Assembly: GCA_035570235.1 (NCBI GenBank)
Contig: DATMML010000037.1
Location: forward strand, 152,426 to 216,425
DNA: 64,000 bases
Origin: Vicinamibacteria bacterium
GTDB taxonomy: Bacteria; Acidobacteriota; Vicinamibacteria; Fen-336
Reading direction: 5' to 3'
Both the position numbers and the translations under genes were made by a program. This document shows, piece after piece, positions 20,630 through 29,516 of this stretch. The notes below the pieces were generated by a model. The model searched no databases and was not told where the DNA came from. It worked only from the letters and a program-made list of their open reading frames with translations. How positions within the stretch are numbered: the first letter of the stretch is position 1; every line of letters starts with the position of its first letter.

Positions 20630-21928
20630 TTATGTCCCCGCGGAGGACGCGGGGACGGGACCCGGCTTGGTGATTACGAGGTGGTTCTCCCCGGTGGAGT
20701 CCGGATAGCCGTAGCGGAAGGGCAGATCCCGGTGGGGCTGCGAGCTCCAGAGCTGGAGGAACTCGTCCAAGCAGGCCGGGCTGACAGCTAACGGCCCCTT
20801 GGATGTCACCATCGGCCCCTTGAAGGTCCCGTAGGTCTCGAGGCGAAAGCCCGCCTTGGTGGCGTAGCTGGGGAGGATGCCCGTGGAGTCCGAGATCATG
20901 AAGGCCATGTGCGAGAGGAGGTAGCTCCGGATGCGGCTGAAGCCCTCCCCGCACAGGAGGTAGCTGGCGGCCTTGGTCATGGCCGCCACCTTGCCCTTGG
21001 CTTCGAGGTGCCGGAGCACGGACGGATCCGCCTTCAAGTGGGCGTCGGCAAGGTTGGCCGCGATGTGCCGGTGCACGCGCAGGCCCCCCTCCGGGCCGCC
21101 CTCCCGGGAGCGGAAAGCGATCTCCGCGTTCGAGAACACCTCCGAGAAGTCCGGGGAGACCCAGACCCGGTTGAGGCGCGGGGCCATCTTCCCCTCCTCG
21201 GCCGCGATCTCCTGCCTATCGAAGTACTGTAGGGTCCCGTCCTCCTGCACGCGGAAATAGCGCAGCCCCACCGGTTCGTAGCCGTGCGCGGAGAGGCCCA
21301 CCAGGAAGAAGGAGAGCTGCCCGGGGAGGTCCCCCCTCTGCATCTGCATCAGGTTCTCGCTCGTGCTCTCCGCGTAGGCGAAGAGGCCCCGGATCCGCCG
21401 GCGTAGCTGGTCCAGGCTTCGGGCCAGCCGGACCTTGTCCAGGTCCCGGATGCGCCGGGGATCGCCGGCGTGCTCCAGAGACAAGGTTGTGAACTCGAGA
21501 CCGTCGGGATAGGTGGTGAGGGCCGATAGCAGGTCGCCGCCCCCGAAGGGATAGACCACGGCGAAGGGAAGGTCGGGAGGGCGGCGCGCGGCCAGGAAGG
21601 GCGTGACCACCTTCAGGTACGTCTGGCGGTAGGTCTGGAGCCGGGGCAGGAGCCAGGCACAGTGCTCGTCCACGGTGGCTTTGTCCAGGGAGGGGGGCAG
21701 GGGCTCGTCGCTCCCGCAAGCCGCCACCCGGTGGAGCAGGCGGACCTCGGCCGCGAAATCCTCGCCCCCGGGAGGGAGGGGGGGAAGCCGCGGTCGCTCC
21801 GGGGCCTGCGCCTGGGCCACGGGCAGGGCCGCCCGCGCGGGCGTCGTCTCGTGCGAGCAACCCGCGCCCAGCACGAGCAGGGTCAACGCCGGGGGGAGGT
21901 TCCATCCCCTTTTGGTCAGGCTCCTCAT
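20630..21928 (-). CDS. hypothetical lipoprotein
   Basis: LVLGAGCS lipobox; 432 aa, no recognised domain. Confidence 0.45.
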   Translation of the reverse strand: MRSLTKRGWNLPPALTLLVLGAGCSHETTPARAALPVAQAQAPERPRLPPLPPGGEDFAAEVRLLHRVAACGSDEPLPPSLDKATVDEHCAWLLPRLQTYRQTYLKVVTPFLAARRPPDLPFAVVYPFGGGDLLSALTTYPDGLEFTTLSLEHAGDPRRIRDLDKVRLARSLDQLRRRIRGLFAYAESTSENLMQMQRGDLPGQLSFFLVGLSAHGYEPVGLRYFRVQEDGTLQYFDRQEIAAEEGKMAPRLNRVWVSPDFSEVFSNAEIAFRSREGGPEGGLRVHRHIAANLADAHLKADPSVLRHLEAKGKVAAMTKAASYLLCGEGFSRIRSYLLSHMAFMISDSTGILPSYATKAGFRLETYGTFKGPMVTSKGPLAVSPACLDEFLQLWSSQPHRDLPFRYGYPDSTGENHLVITKPGPVPASSAGT

Positions 21929-21992
21929 CGCTTCCCTACCTCATTGGCGGACTCAGCCGCAGGACACGCTCGGACGACCGCGGGGGAGTCGG

Positions 21993-22559
21993 TCAGTGGA
22001 TGGCGCCCATCTTGGCGAGGGGCCAGAAACGAAAGACGGCGCGGCCGTAGATGTACTTCTCGGGGACTTCACCCCAACTCCGACTGTCGTTGCTGCTGTT
22101 CCGGTGGTCGCCCATCACATAGTAGTAGCCCTTCTTGACCTCCACGGGCGCGAAGCTCTCGTCGTCCCGGAAGCGGGGAGGGATGTAGTCCTCCCGGACC
22201 GCGTGTCCGCTGATGTAGACGTCGCCCCCTTTCACCTCCACCGTGTCCCCGGGCAGGCCCACCACCCTCTTGATGAAGGAGACGGTGGGGTCCCGGGGGT
22301 ACCAGAACACCACTACGTCGCCCCGCTCGATGGGATGAAAACGGTAGCCGAACTTGTTGACGATGATCCGCTCCCCGTCCTCCAGGAGGGGGAGCATGCT
22401 CGTCCCCTGAACCCGGAAGGCCTGGGCCACGAAGGTAATCAGGAAGAAGCAGAAGAGCACGGCCACGGAGAGGTCGTGAAGGAGTTCCCAGACCGCGCGC
22501 CAGACGCGCGTCCGGCTCTCCCCCGCCGAGGCGGAGAGGGCAATGGGCTCCCCGGCCAG
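21993..22559 (-). CDS. lepB: signal peptidase I
   Basis: GTSMLPLL (catalytic Ser box), VFWYPRDPTVSFIKRVVGLPGD, YYVMGDHRNSSNDSR boxes; exact start uncertain (no in-frame ATG/GTG near the expected N-terminus). Confidence 0.8.
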   Translation of the reverse strand: MAGEPIALSASAGESRTRVWRAVWELLHDLSVAVLFCFFLITFVAQAFRVQGTSMLPLLEDGERIIVNKFGYRFHPIERGDVVVFWYPRDPTVSFIKRVVGLPGDTVEVKGGDVYISGHAVREDYIPPRFRDDESFAPVEVKKGYYYVMGDHRNSSNDSRSWGEVPEKYIYGRAVFRFWPLAKMGAIH

Positions 22560-22585
22560 AGGCTCGATCCCCGTGGGCTCCAGGC

Positions 22586-23932
22586 TCAGACCCCCCGCCG
22601 CCGGCGCACCACCCGGGTACCCGCGATGCGGTCGTGCAGGCCATGTCCCCGAAAGGCGATCATCAGGAAGCCGAGCCCCAGAACGGTGCCGGAGAGCAGG
22701 TAGCCGAAGACTCGCAGCGCGGCCCGGGGCATCCCGATGGGGAAGGCCCCGCCCTCTCCCTCGACGCGGAGGTCCAAGAACTCCTTGCCGGGCGTGGCCC
22801 CTTTGATCCCCCAGAAGTAGATGTAGTAGGCGAGGCCGAAAAGGGCGGAGACCAGGGCGAGGCTCACGGAGACCAGGATGGGGAGGAACGACACGTCGGC
22901 CGACGCTCGCGTGTCGCGGGTCCACCAGTAGTAGCCGATGGGAGTAACCAGGACGGCCTGCAGCGCGGTCACCAGGATGGCATCGATGAGACCCGCCCCC
23001 AGGCGGGGCCCGAATCCGGCCGCTTCCTTGCCCGCCGCCATTCCGGCCCGGCGCTCGGCCGTGCGCAACGGCTTCCCCACGGGGCCGGGCCGCGGCGGGA
23101 AAGACCGGGCGGGGGCGGCCAAGGGGACGAGGGAAGCGGCGGGAGAGGGAGCCAGCGAGCTTACCCGGGGCGCCTCCGCCCGCGGCACTCGGGGCAGGGG
23201 GTCCCCCGCGGCGACCTGACCGGGGAGGGGGGCGGCGGGGGCGGGCTCGCGGGTCGCCTCCGGAGAGGAATCCCCCCGCGGCTCCTTGTCCGGGGCCACT
23301 CGGGAGCCGGGGTCGGTGGGAGGCTGCCCCGGCGCTCCTTCCGGGCTTGGCGCCACCTCGGCCCGCAGGGCTTCGGGGATCGGCTGGTGTCCGGTGGTCG
23401 AATCGAGGCGCTGCCCGTCCGTGGAGAGGGGGCTCCCGCAGGCGTTGCAGAAGCGGGCGGGAAGGGCGACGGCGGTGCCGCAGGATGCGCAGACCGCCTT
23501 GGGGGGGCCGCTGGGCTGGGCCAGCTGGACCCCGCACTCGCGGCAGAAGAGGTCCCCTTTGCGGTACGCGGTCTGGCAGGACGGACACTGCAGGTGCGGC
23601 ACCGAGGGGTGTTGGACCACCTTGGCGCCGGGGTCCTCGATCTGCAGGTCATCGCGGAAGAGCAACCGCGCGGTGCCGATGGCCAACAGGTCGCCGTCGC
23701 GGAGGCTTCGCTCGCTGACCCGATCGCCGTTGACCACGGAGCCGTTGGAGGAGTTGCAATCCCGCAGGTAGAACTGGTTTGCCCGGTACTCGATGACGGC
23801 GTGGCGACGCGACACCATGGCGTCGGGGAGGACCAGGTCGTTAGAGGGATCGCGGCCGATGGAGAGGAGGGTGCGGGGAAGGGGGATCTCCTTCCGGGAG
23901 GACGAGGTTGGGTTCACGATCAGCTTCGGCAT
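22586..23932 (-). CDS. FHA domain protein with double zinc ribbon and C-terminal RDD membrane domain
   Basis: N-terminal FHA (SIGRDPSNDLVL...SRRHA...NGSVVNG); two CxxC..CxxC pairs; Pro-rich linker; C-terminal RDD-family TM domain. Confidence 0.7.
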   Translation of the reverse strand: MPKLIVNPTSSSRKEIPLPRTLLSIGRDPSNDLVLPDAMVSRRHAVIEYRANQFYLRDCNSSNGSVVNGDRVSERSLRDGDLLAIGTARLLFRDDLQIEDPGAKVVQHPSVPHLQCPSCQTAYRKGDLFCRECGVQLAQPSGPPKAVCASCGTAVALPARFCNACGSPLSTDGQRLDSTTGHQPIPEALRAEVAPSPEGAPGQPPTDPGSRVAPDKEPRGDSSPEATREPAPAAPLPGQVAAGDPLPRVPRAEAPRVSSLAPSPAASLVPLAAPARSFPPRPGPVGKPLRTAERRAGMAAGKEAAGFGPRLGAGLIDAILVTALQAVLVTPIGYYWWTRDTRASADVSFLPILVSVSLALVSALFGLAYYIYFWGIKGATPGKEFLDLRVEGEGGAFPIGMPRAALRVFGYLLSGTVLGLGFLMIAFRGHGLHDRIAGTRVVRRRRGV

Positions 23933-23938
23933 CGCTCC

Positions 23939-26506
23939 CTAGCCGGCTCTGAACGTCTGCTTGAGCGTGACCCTCGCCTTGACCTTGATCCCTTTCTTCA
24001 TCGCGGGCGCGTATTTCCAGCTGCGGATGGCGGCCAGGACCGCTTCGTCCACCGCCCGGTTGCCCCCCGACTCTAGCACCCTGGGCTCCGTCACCTCTCC
24101 ATTTTCCGTCACCACGAAGGAAACGGAAACCGACACGGAGTCGCCCGACTTCATCTTGGGCGCGCTCTCCGGGTAGGAGACGGACAGTCCGGAGAGCTTC
24201 TTGGCCAGGGTGTCCACGTCGCTGGCCGCGTTCGCGTAGATATGGGCGGTGTCCACGACGTCGGCCGCGGGCGGGGGCGGGGCCTTGACGAGGGCCTTGA
24301 GCTGGGCATCGAGCTTGCCCCTCTTCCCCGCCTGGACGGTGAGCGTCCCCGCCCACGGCTCATATCCATCCTTGGTCATCTCGACCCGGCGGCTCCCCAC
24401 CCGGAGCTTGAGGTCGGTCTGGGGAGTGGGCCCAACCCGGGCCCCGTCGATCGAGACCAAGGCCCCGTAGGGAGTCGACAGGATGTCCGCCACACTGGTG
24501 GCAGGGGCGGAGCGGGTCAAGGGGATGACCGCCTCCGCCGCGGGCAGCTCCGGGCTCAGGACCACGGTCTGGGTCTTGGGCTCGTAGCCCTTCAACTCGA
24601 CCTTGACCTCGTAGCTTCCCAGGGGAAGATCCCGGAGATCGAGGGGGGTCTCGCCGCGCGCCTGGCCATTCACGGTGACCGCCGCCGCTCCGGGCTGGCT
24701 CACCACGCGGATCATGCCCTTCTTCTCCTCGATGGCGGGGGGCATGGGCTCCGGGGTCGGAAGGGTCTTGCGGGTCACGGCCACGCTGGGGGTGGGGACG
24801 GGCGGCGCGGGCTCGGTCCGGCCCGCGCTCCTGAAGAGCACGATGCCGACGAGGCCGAGGGCCAGCAGGAAGAGCAGGGCCGCTCCCCCCAGGATCAAGC
24901 CGACGGGAATGCGGGAACGCACCGCGGGGGGGCCAGCCACGGGGGGCGCCTCGGGCAGGGGGGGCGCCGTCGGCCGGGGCAAGGGTGGAGCGGCCGTCCT
25001 CCCCAAAGACCGGGTCTCTTCGAGGACGGGGTGCTTCTGGGTGGGGCCGCCCTTGTCCGCGGGCCCGCGCGACTTTGCCGTGGGCCCGGGGGCGGCCATT
25101 ACTACCGTGGCCCCCTCTTCGGCGGGCACGGAAGCATCCATGAGGATCGTCGACTCCGACGCCTCGGATCCCAGGGGGGGCGGGGGGGACGGCCGGGCCG
25201 CGGGCTTCTTGGGCAGGGCGCCTGCCTTCATGAGGACGGTGGCCGGCGCGTCGTCGGCGGGGGGAGCTTTTATGAGGACGGTGGCCGGCGAGTCGTCGGT
25301 CTCCGCCGGGGGAGGAGCGGGGGCCGAGGGTCTCTTCTTGGCCGGGGGCGGCGCGGTGGGCGCCTTCATGAGGACGGTGGCCGGGGCGTCGGATCCCGAG
25401 GGCTGGGCCTTTATGAGCACGGTCGCGGGAGAATCGTCCTCGGCCATCGGTAGGGGTGCGAGGGGTCGTTCGACCGGCTTCGCCTTGGGCGGCGCGGGGG
25501 CGCGGGTGGCCGCCGGCTCCTCCCGGGGGTGGGCCGGAGGCGGCGCCGGGGGCTGGATCTCGGGGAGAGGGATGTGGGCGAGCGTCGTGGTGGTCTCGAC
25601 GGTGGCGCTCGCGGTCACGATCGTCTGGTCCGCCCCCAGCCCGCCGAACCAGGAGCCGAGGCAATACTCCAAGTCCTGGACGAACGCGCCCGCGGTCTGG
25701 TAGCGGTCGTCGGGCTTCTTGGCCAGGGCCTTGCCGAACACCTCGTGCCATTTCTGGGGCACGAGGCCGTGCATCTCGAGGTTCGCGGGCTCGATGGGGT
25801 CGACATGCACCAGCTTGTAGAGGATCGAGGTCACGTTGTTCCCCGGGAACGGCTGCTCTCCGGAGAGCATCTCGAAGCAGCACACGCCCAGAGAGAAGAT
25901 GTCGCTCCGCCCGTCGAGCTTGTCGCCCATGGCCTGCTCGGGCGACATGTAGGAGGGCGTGCCGAGGAGGGTGCCCGACTGCGTCATCTCCGCATCCACC
26001 AGCTTCGCGATCCCAAAGTCGGTCACTTTCACCCGATCCTCGTCGAACAGGATCAGGTTCGAGGGCTTGATGTCGCGGTGGATCACGCCTTTGCTGTGGG
26101 CGTAGTCGACGGCGGAGGCGATCTGGCTGGCCAGGCCGATCACCTTCTCCGGCTTGAAGCGCACGCCCTTCTCGATGAGGGAGGCGAGGGTTTGGCCCTC
26201 CACGAACTCCATGGCCAGATAGGGCACCCCCCCCTCCTCGCCAATGTCGAAGAGGGTCACGATGTTCGGATGGGAGAGCGTCCCCGAGATTCGGGCCTCG
26301 TGGTAGAACCGCTCGATGAAGGACTTGTACTGCGGGCTCTGGCGCGGGATGTCCAGCCGGATGGTCTTGATGGCGAGGGTGCGCTTGATCAGGGGGTCGA
26401 AGGCCTTGTAGACGGCCCCCATGGCCCCGAAGCCGATGCTCTCCTGGACCTTGTAGCGGCCGATGCTCTGGGGCATCTGCTCGGTTGATCGGCTGTTGTC
26501 GTCCAT
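23939..26506 (-). CDS. serine/threonine protein kinase with peptide repeats, TM segment, two PEGA domains and TonB-C-like C-terminus
   Basis: Hanks kinase subdomains (GAMGAVYKA, HRDIKPSN, DFG, SPE); four (D/A)PATVL(I/M)KA repeats; PEGA-like β domains; C-terminal TonB-C-like fold. Confidence 0.85.
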   Translation of the reverse strand: MDDNSRSTEQMPQSIGRYKVQESIGFGAMGAVYKAFDPLIKRTLAIKTIRLDIPRQSPQYKSFIERFYHEARISGTLSHPNIVTLFDIGEEGGVPYLAMEFVEGQTLASLIEKGVRFKPEKVIGLASQIASAVDYAHSKGVIHRDIKPSNLILFDEDRVKVTDFGIAKLVDAEMTQSGTLLGTPSYMSPEQAMGDKLDGRSDIFSLGVCCFEMLSGEQPFPGNNVTSILYKLVHVDPIEPANLEMHGLVPQKWHEVFGKALAKKPDDRYQTAGAFVQDLEYCLGSWFGGLGADQTIVTASATVETTTTLAHIPLPEIQPPAPPPAHPREEPAATRAPAPPKAKPVERPLAPLPMAEDDSPATVLIKAQPSGSDAPATVLMKAPTAPPPAKKRPSAPAPPPAETDDSPATVLIKAPPADDAPATVLMKAGALPKKPAARPSPPPPLGSEASESTILMDASVPAEEGATVVMAAPGPTAKSRGPADKGGPTQKHPVLEETRSLGRTAAPPLPRPTAPPLPEAPPVAGPPAVRSRIPVGLILGGAALLFLLALGLVGIVLFRSAGRTEPAPPVPTPSVAVTRKTLPTPEPMPPAIEEKKGMIRVVSQPGAAAVTVNGQARGETPLDLRDLPLGSYEVKVELKGYEPKTQTVVLSPELPAAEAVIPLTRSAPATSVADILSTPYGALVSIDGARVGPTPQTDLKLRVGSRRVEMTKDGYEPWAGTLTVQAGKRGKLDAQLKALVKAPPPPAADVVDTAHIYANAASDVDTLAKKLSGLSVSYPESAPKMKSGDSVSVSVSFVVTENGEVTEPRVLESGGNRAVDEAVLAAIRSWKYAPAMKKGIKVKARVTLKQTFRAG
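25215..25445. repeat. four tandem copies of an approx. 22-nt unit (TTCATGAGGACGGTGGCCGGCG-like) inside the kinase CDS, encoding the PATVL(I/M)KA peptide repeats
   Basis: Direct inspection of the plus-strand sequence; copies at about 25223, 25268, 25363 and 25408. Confidence 0.5.
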
Positions 26507-26743
26507 ATCCCCCGAGCCCTGCCTACCCCTCTAATACGTTCTGCGAACGCGGAAAGAGCGTGGCAAAAGCGAGGCGAAGCACCGCACCCCTGGGCGTTCG
26601 GACTTTAGCACCAAGGTGAAAAGGTGTCAACGCGAGAGGCGCTCAAGTCACGGAGAGGGAAGGGGTTGCGGTGTCGGGTTCGGGAACAACCGAGCGTCCG
26701 CGGCCGTATGGACTGCCGGAGGCTCACCTATAATGGAGGCGCA

Positions 26744-28375
26744 ATGACGGAACGCCCCCCGGCCATTCTCGATTACGGGGTGTTCCAGCAGCCCATCAGT
26801 CCCCTCTTCCTCGACTACCTGGCCGGCCGCAACGGTGTCGAGCGCTTCCTGGGCAGCGCGCGCTGGGACCTCGATGCTCTCTCGGAAGCAAGCGACCGCG
26901 CGCTCACCCACGAGCGGCCCCGGGAAGCGGTGGCGGCCGCGCTCGTGCGCCAGCAGGAGTCGCGAGGAGCAGCTCACGCGGCGGCGCGGGCGGCCGAGCT
27001 CAAGGAGCCGGGCACGGTCGCGATCGTGACCGGGCAGCAGGCGGGTCTCTTCGGCGGCCCCCTCTATGTGCTCTACAAGGCCTTGGGCGCCCGCAAGGCG
27101 GCGCGGCTGCTCCAAGCGCGCCGCGGTCGTTCCGTGGTGCCCGTGTTCTGGGTGGCCTCCGATGACCACGATTTTGCGGAGGTGCGCTCCGCGACTGTTC
27201 TCGACGAGAACGGCCAGATCCGCACCCTGCGCTATAGTCCCCCCCGCGAGCCCGTGGCCCAGCCCGCCTCCCAAATCGTCCTGGACGCCACCGTGGCCGC
27301 CCTCGTGCAGGAGCTGCGGCAGTGCCTGCCCGAGGGCCTTCACCGCGACGAGGTGCTCGCGCGGCTGGGCGAGTGTTATCGGCCCGGGGAGACGCTGGCC
27401 GGGGCTTTCGCCCGCTTTCTCTCCGCTCTCCTCCCCGACCTGGTGGTGCTCGATCCCTCCGACCCCGCCCTGAAAGCCCTGATGGCCCCCCTTCTGGCCC
27501 GCGAGATCCAGGAGGGCTCCCCCACCTCCCGCCTGGCCCTCGAAACCGGCGCCGCCCTTCTGGCCGCGGGCTACCATCAGCAGGTGCCGGTGCGCCCCGG
27601 CTTCCTCAACCTGTTCGTCCTGATGGAGGGCGAGCGGCGCGCACTGGGCATCCAGAACGGCACCGTAGAGGTGCGTGGGCTGGGTCGCCGCATGCCCGTG
27701 GAGGAGGCTCTGAGGCTCCTGAATGCCGCGCCCAAGGACTGGAGCCCAGGGGTGCTCCTCCGCCCCTTGGCCCAGGACCACCTGCTGCCTACGGCCGCCT
27801 ATGTGGGGGGGCCGGCGGAGATTGCCTATCATGCGCAGATCGGCCCCGCCTACGCCCACTTCGGCATCCCCCGACCCTTGCTGCTCCCCCGCCCCAGCCT
27901 CACCCTCTTGGAGCCCGCGCAAGCCCGGGCTCTCGAAGCCGAAGGGCTACGCCTCACCGACCTCGAAGGAGACCCCGAAGGCCTGCTCACGCGCTGGGCG
28001 CGGGAGGCCCACCCGCAGGTGGAGGCCGCCTTCGCCCGCGCCCGCGAAGCCCTCCTTCAAGAGATGGCGAGTGTCGAGGAGGCCCTGGCCGCCGTCGATC
28101 CCACGCTGCGCGCGGCCGCCAACGCCGCCCGGGGGCGTGCCATCCATCAGATCGAGACCCTGCACCAGAAGTCCACCCGGGCCCTGAAAAAGCGGGACCA
28201 GAGCCGGGCCGAACGCCTGCGCCGCACGCGGGACGCCCTCTTCCCGGGGGGCTCGCTCCAGGAGCGGGGCCTGGCCCTGGTCAGCGCCCTGGCCCGCCAC
28301 GGCCAACCCCTCGTGGAGGAGACCGAGCGCGGCCTCGACCCCTGGGCACGGGGACATCAGGTGATACAACTGTGA
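26744..28375 (+). CDS. bshC: bacillithiol biosynthesis cysteine-adding enzyme BshC
   Basis: IVTGQQAGLFGGPLYVLYKALGA N-terminal signature of the BshC/YllA family; 543 aa; GGAGG RBS 5 nt upstream of ATG. Confidence 0.75.
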   Translation: MTERPPAILDYGVFQQPISPLFLDYLAGRNGVERFLGSARWDLDALSEASDRALTHERPREAVAAALVRQQESRGAAHAAARAAELKEPGTVAIVTGQQAGLFGGPLYVLYKALGARKAARLLQARRGRSVVPVFWVASDDHDFAEVRSATVLDENGQIRTLRYSPPREPVAQPASQIVLDATVAALVQELRQCLPEGLHRDEVLARLGECYRPGETLAGAFARFLSALLPDLVVLDPSDPALKALMAPLLAREIQEGSPTSRLALETGAALLAAGYHQQVPVRPGFLNLFVLMEGERRALGIQNGTVEVRGLGRRMPVEEALRLLNAAPKDWSPGVLLRPLAQDHLLPTAAYVGGPAEIAYHAQIGPAYAHFGIPRPLLLPRPSLTLLEPAQARALEAEGLRLTDLEGDPEGLLTRWAREAHPQVEAAFARAREALLQEMASVEEALAAVDPTLRAAANAARGRAIHQIETLHQKSTRALKKRDQSRAERLRRTRDALFPGGSLQERGLALVSALARHGQPLVEETERGLDPWARGHQVIQL

Positions 28376-28394
28376 TGAGAAGGGGTGCCGCGCC

Positions 28395-29516
28395 ATGAGG
28401 CTGGGAATCACGTGCTACCCGACGGTGGGGGGATCGGGAGCGGTGGCGGCGGAGCTCGGGAAGCAGCTGGCCCGCCGCGGCCACGAGATCCACTTCGTGT
28501 CCTACCGCCGCCCCTTTCGCCTGGGCGACTTCCAGCAGAACATCACCTACCACGGAGTGGACATCTCCTCCTACCCGCTCTTTGAGTATCCCCCCCACGA
28601 CCTGGCTCTGGCCGTGAAGATGGCGGAGGCCGCCCGCGAGCACCACCTGGATCTCTTCCACGTCCACTACGCGATCCCCCATGCCATCGCCGGCTTCCTG
28701 GCCCAGCAGATGCTGGGGGCGTCGGCGCCCCGAATGGTGACCACCCTCCACGGCACCGACATCACCCTCGTGGGCCAGGACCGTTCGTTCTTCGAGATCA
28801 CGCGCTTTGGCATCGAGCGCTCGGACGGCGTGACCGCGGTCTCGGAGTTCCTGAAGCGGATGACGACGGAGCTGTTCCAGGTGAAAAACCCCATAGAGGT
28901 CATCCCCAACTTCGTGGACCTCTCCCTGTACTCCCCCGAACGCAACCATCGGGACCGCTCGGCTTTCGCCGCCCCCGGCCAGAAGGTCCTGCTTCACATC
29001 TCCAACTTTCGCCCCGTCAAACGGGTGGTGGACGTGGTGCGCATCCTGGAGCGGGTGAGCCGGGAAGTGGACGCGGTGCTCCTCATGGTGGGGGAGGGCC
29101 CGGAGCGCTCTTCCGCCCAGGCTCTCGTCCGGCGCCTGGGCCTGGAGGAGCGCGTGCGCTTCCTGGGCACCCAGGAGAGCATCGAGGAGATCGCGGGCCT
29201 GGCCGACGTGTTCCTGCTTCCTTCGGAGCTGGAATCGTTCGGCCTCTCCGCCCTGGAGGCCATGGCCTGCGGCGTCCCCGTGGTGGGCTCCGACGCGGGC
29301 GGGCTGCCCGAGGTCGTGAAGCATACCGAGAGCGGCTTCCTCCTGCCCGTGGGGGACGTGGAGGGCATGGCCGCCCGCACCCTGGAGATCCTGAAGGACG
29401 AGGAGCGCCGGCGGGAGATGGGGCAAGCGGGCCGGCGCCGCGTGGAGTTCCTCTTCAACGCCGACCGGGTGGTCAGCCAGTACGAGCGCTACTATGAGCG
29501 GGTGCTGAGCCCGTGA
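28395..29516 (+). CDS. bshA: N-acetyl-alpha-D-glucosaminyl L-malate synthase BshA (GT4)
   Basis: Near-identical N-terminal block to B. subtilis BshA (LGITCYPTVGGSGAVAAELGKQLARRGHEIHF...HYAIPHA) and a GT4 C-terminal EX7E region. Confidence 0.85.
   Translation: MRLGITCYPTVGGSGAVAAELGKQLARRGHEIHFVSYRRPFRLGDFQQNITYHGVDISSYPLFEYPPHDLALAVKMAEAAREHHLDLFHVHYAIPHAIAGFLAQQMLGASAPRMVTTLHGTDITLVGQDRSFFEITRFGIERSDGVTAVSEFLKRMTTELFQVKNPIEVIPNFVDLSLYSPERNHRDRSAFAAPGQKVLLHISNFRPVKRVVDVVRILERVSREVDAVLLMVGEGPERSSAQALVRRLGLEERVRFLGTQESIEEIAGLADVFLLPSELESFGLSALEAMACGVPVVGSDAGGLPEVVKHTESGFLLPVGDVEGMAARTLEILKDEERRREMGQAGRRRVEFLFNADRVVSQYERYYERVLSP

Noticed and set aside
24242-25883. Long ORFs on both strands overlapping the Ser/Thr kinase gene
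   Set aside because: Arg/Gly-rich artefacts; the kinase frame has all Hanks subdomains.
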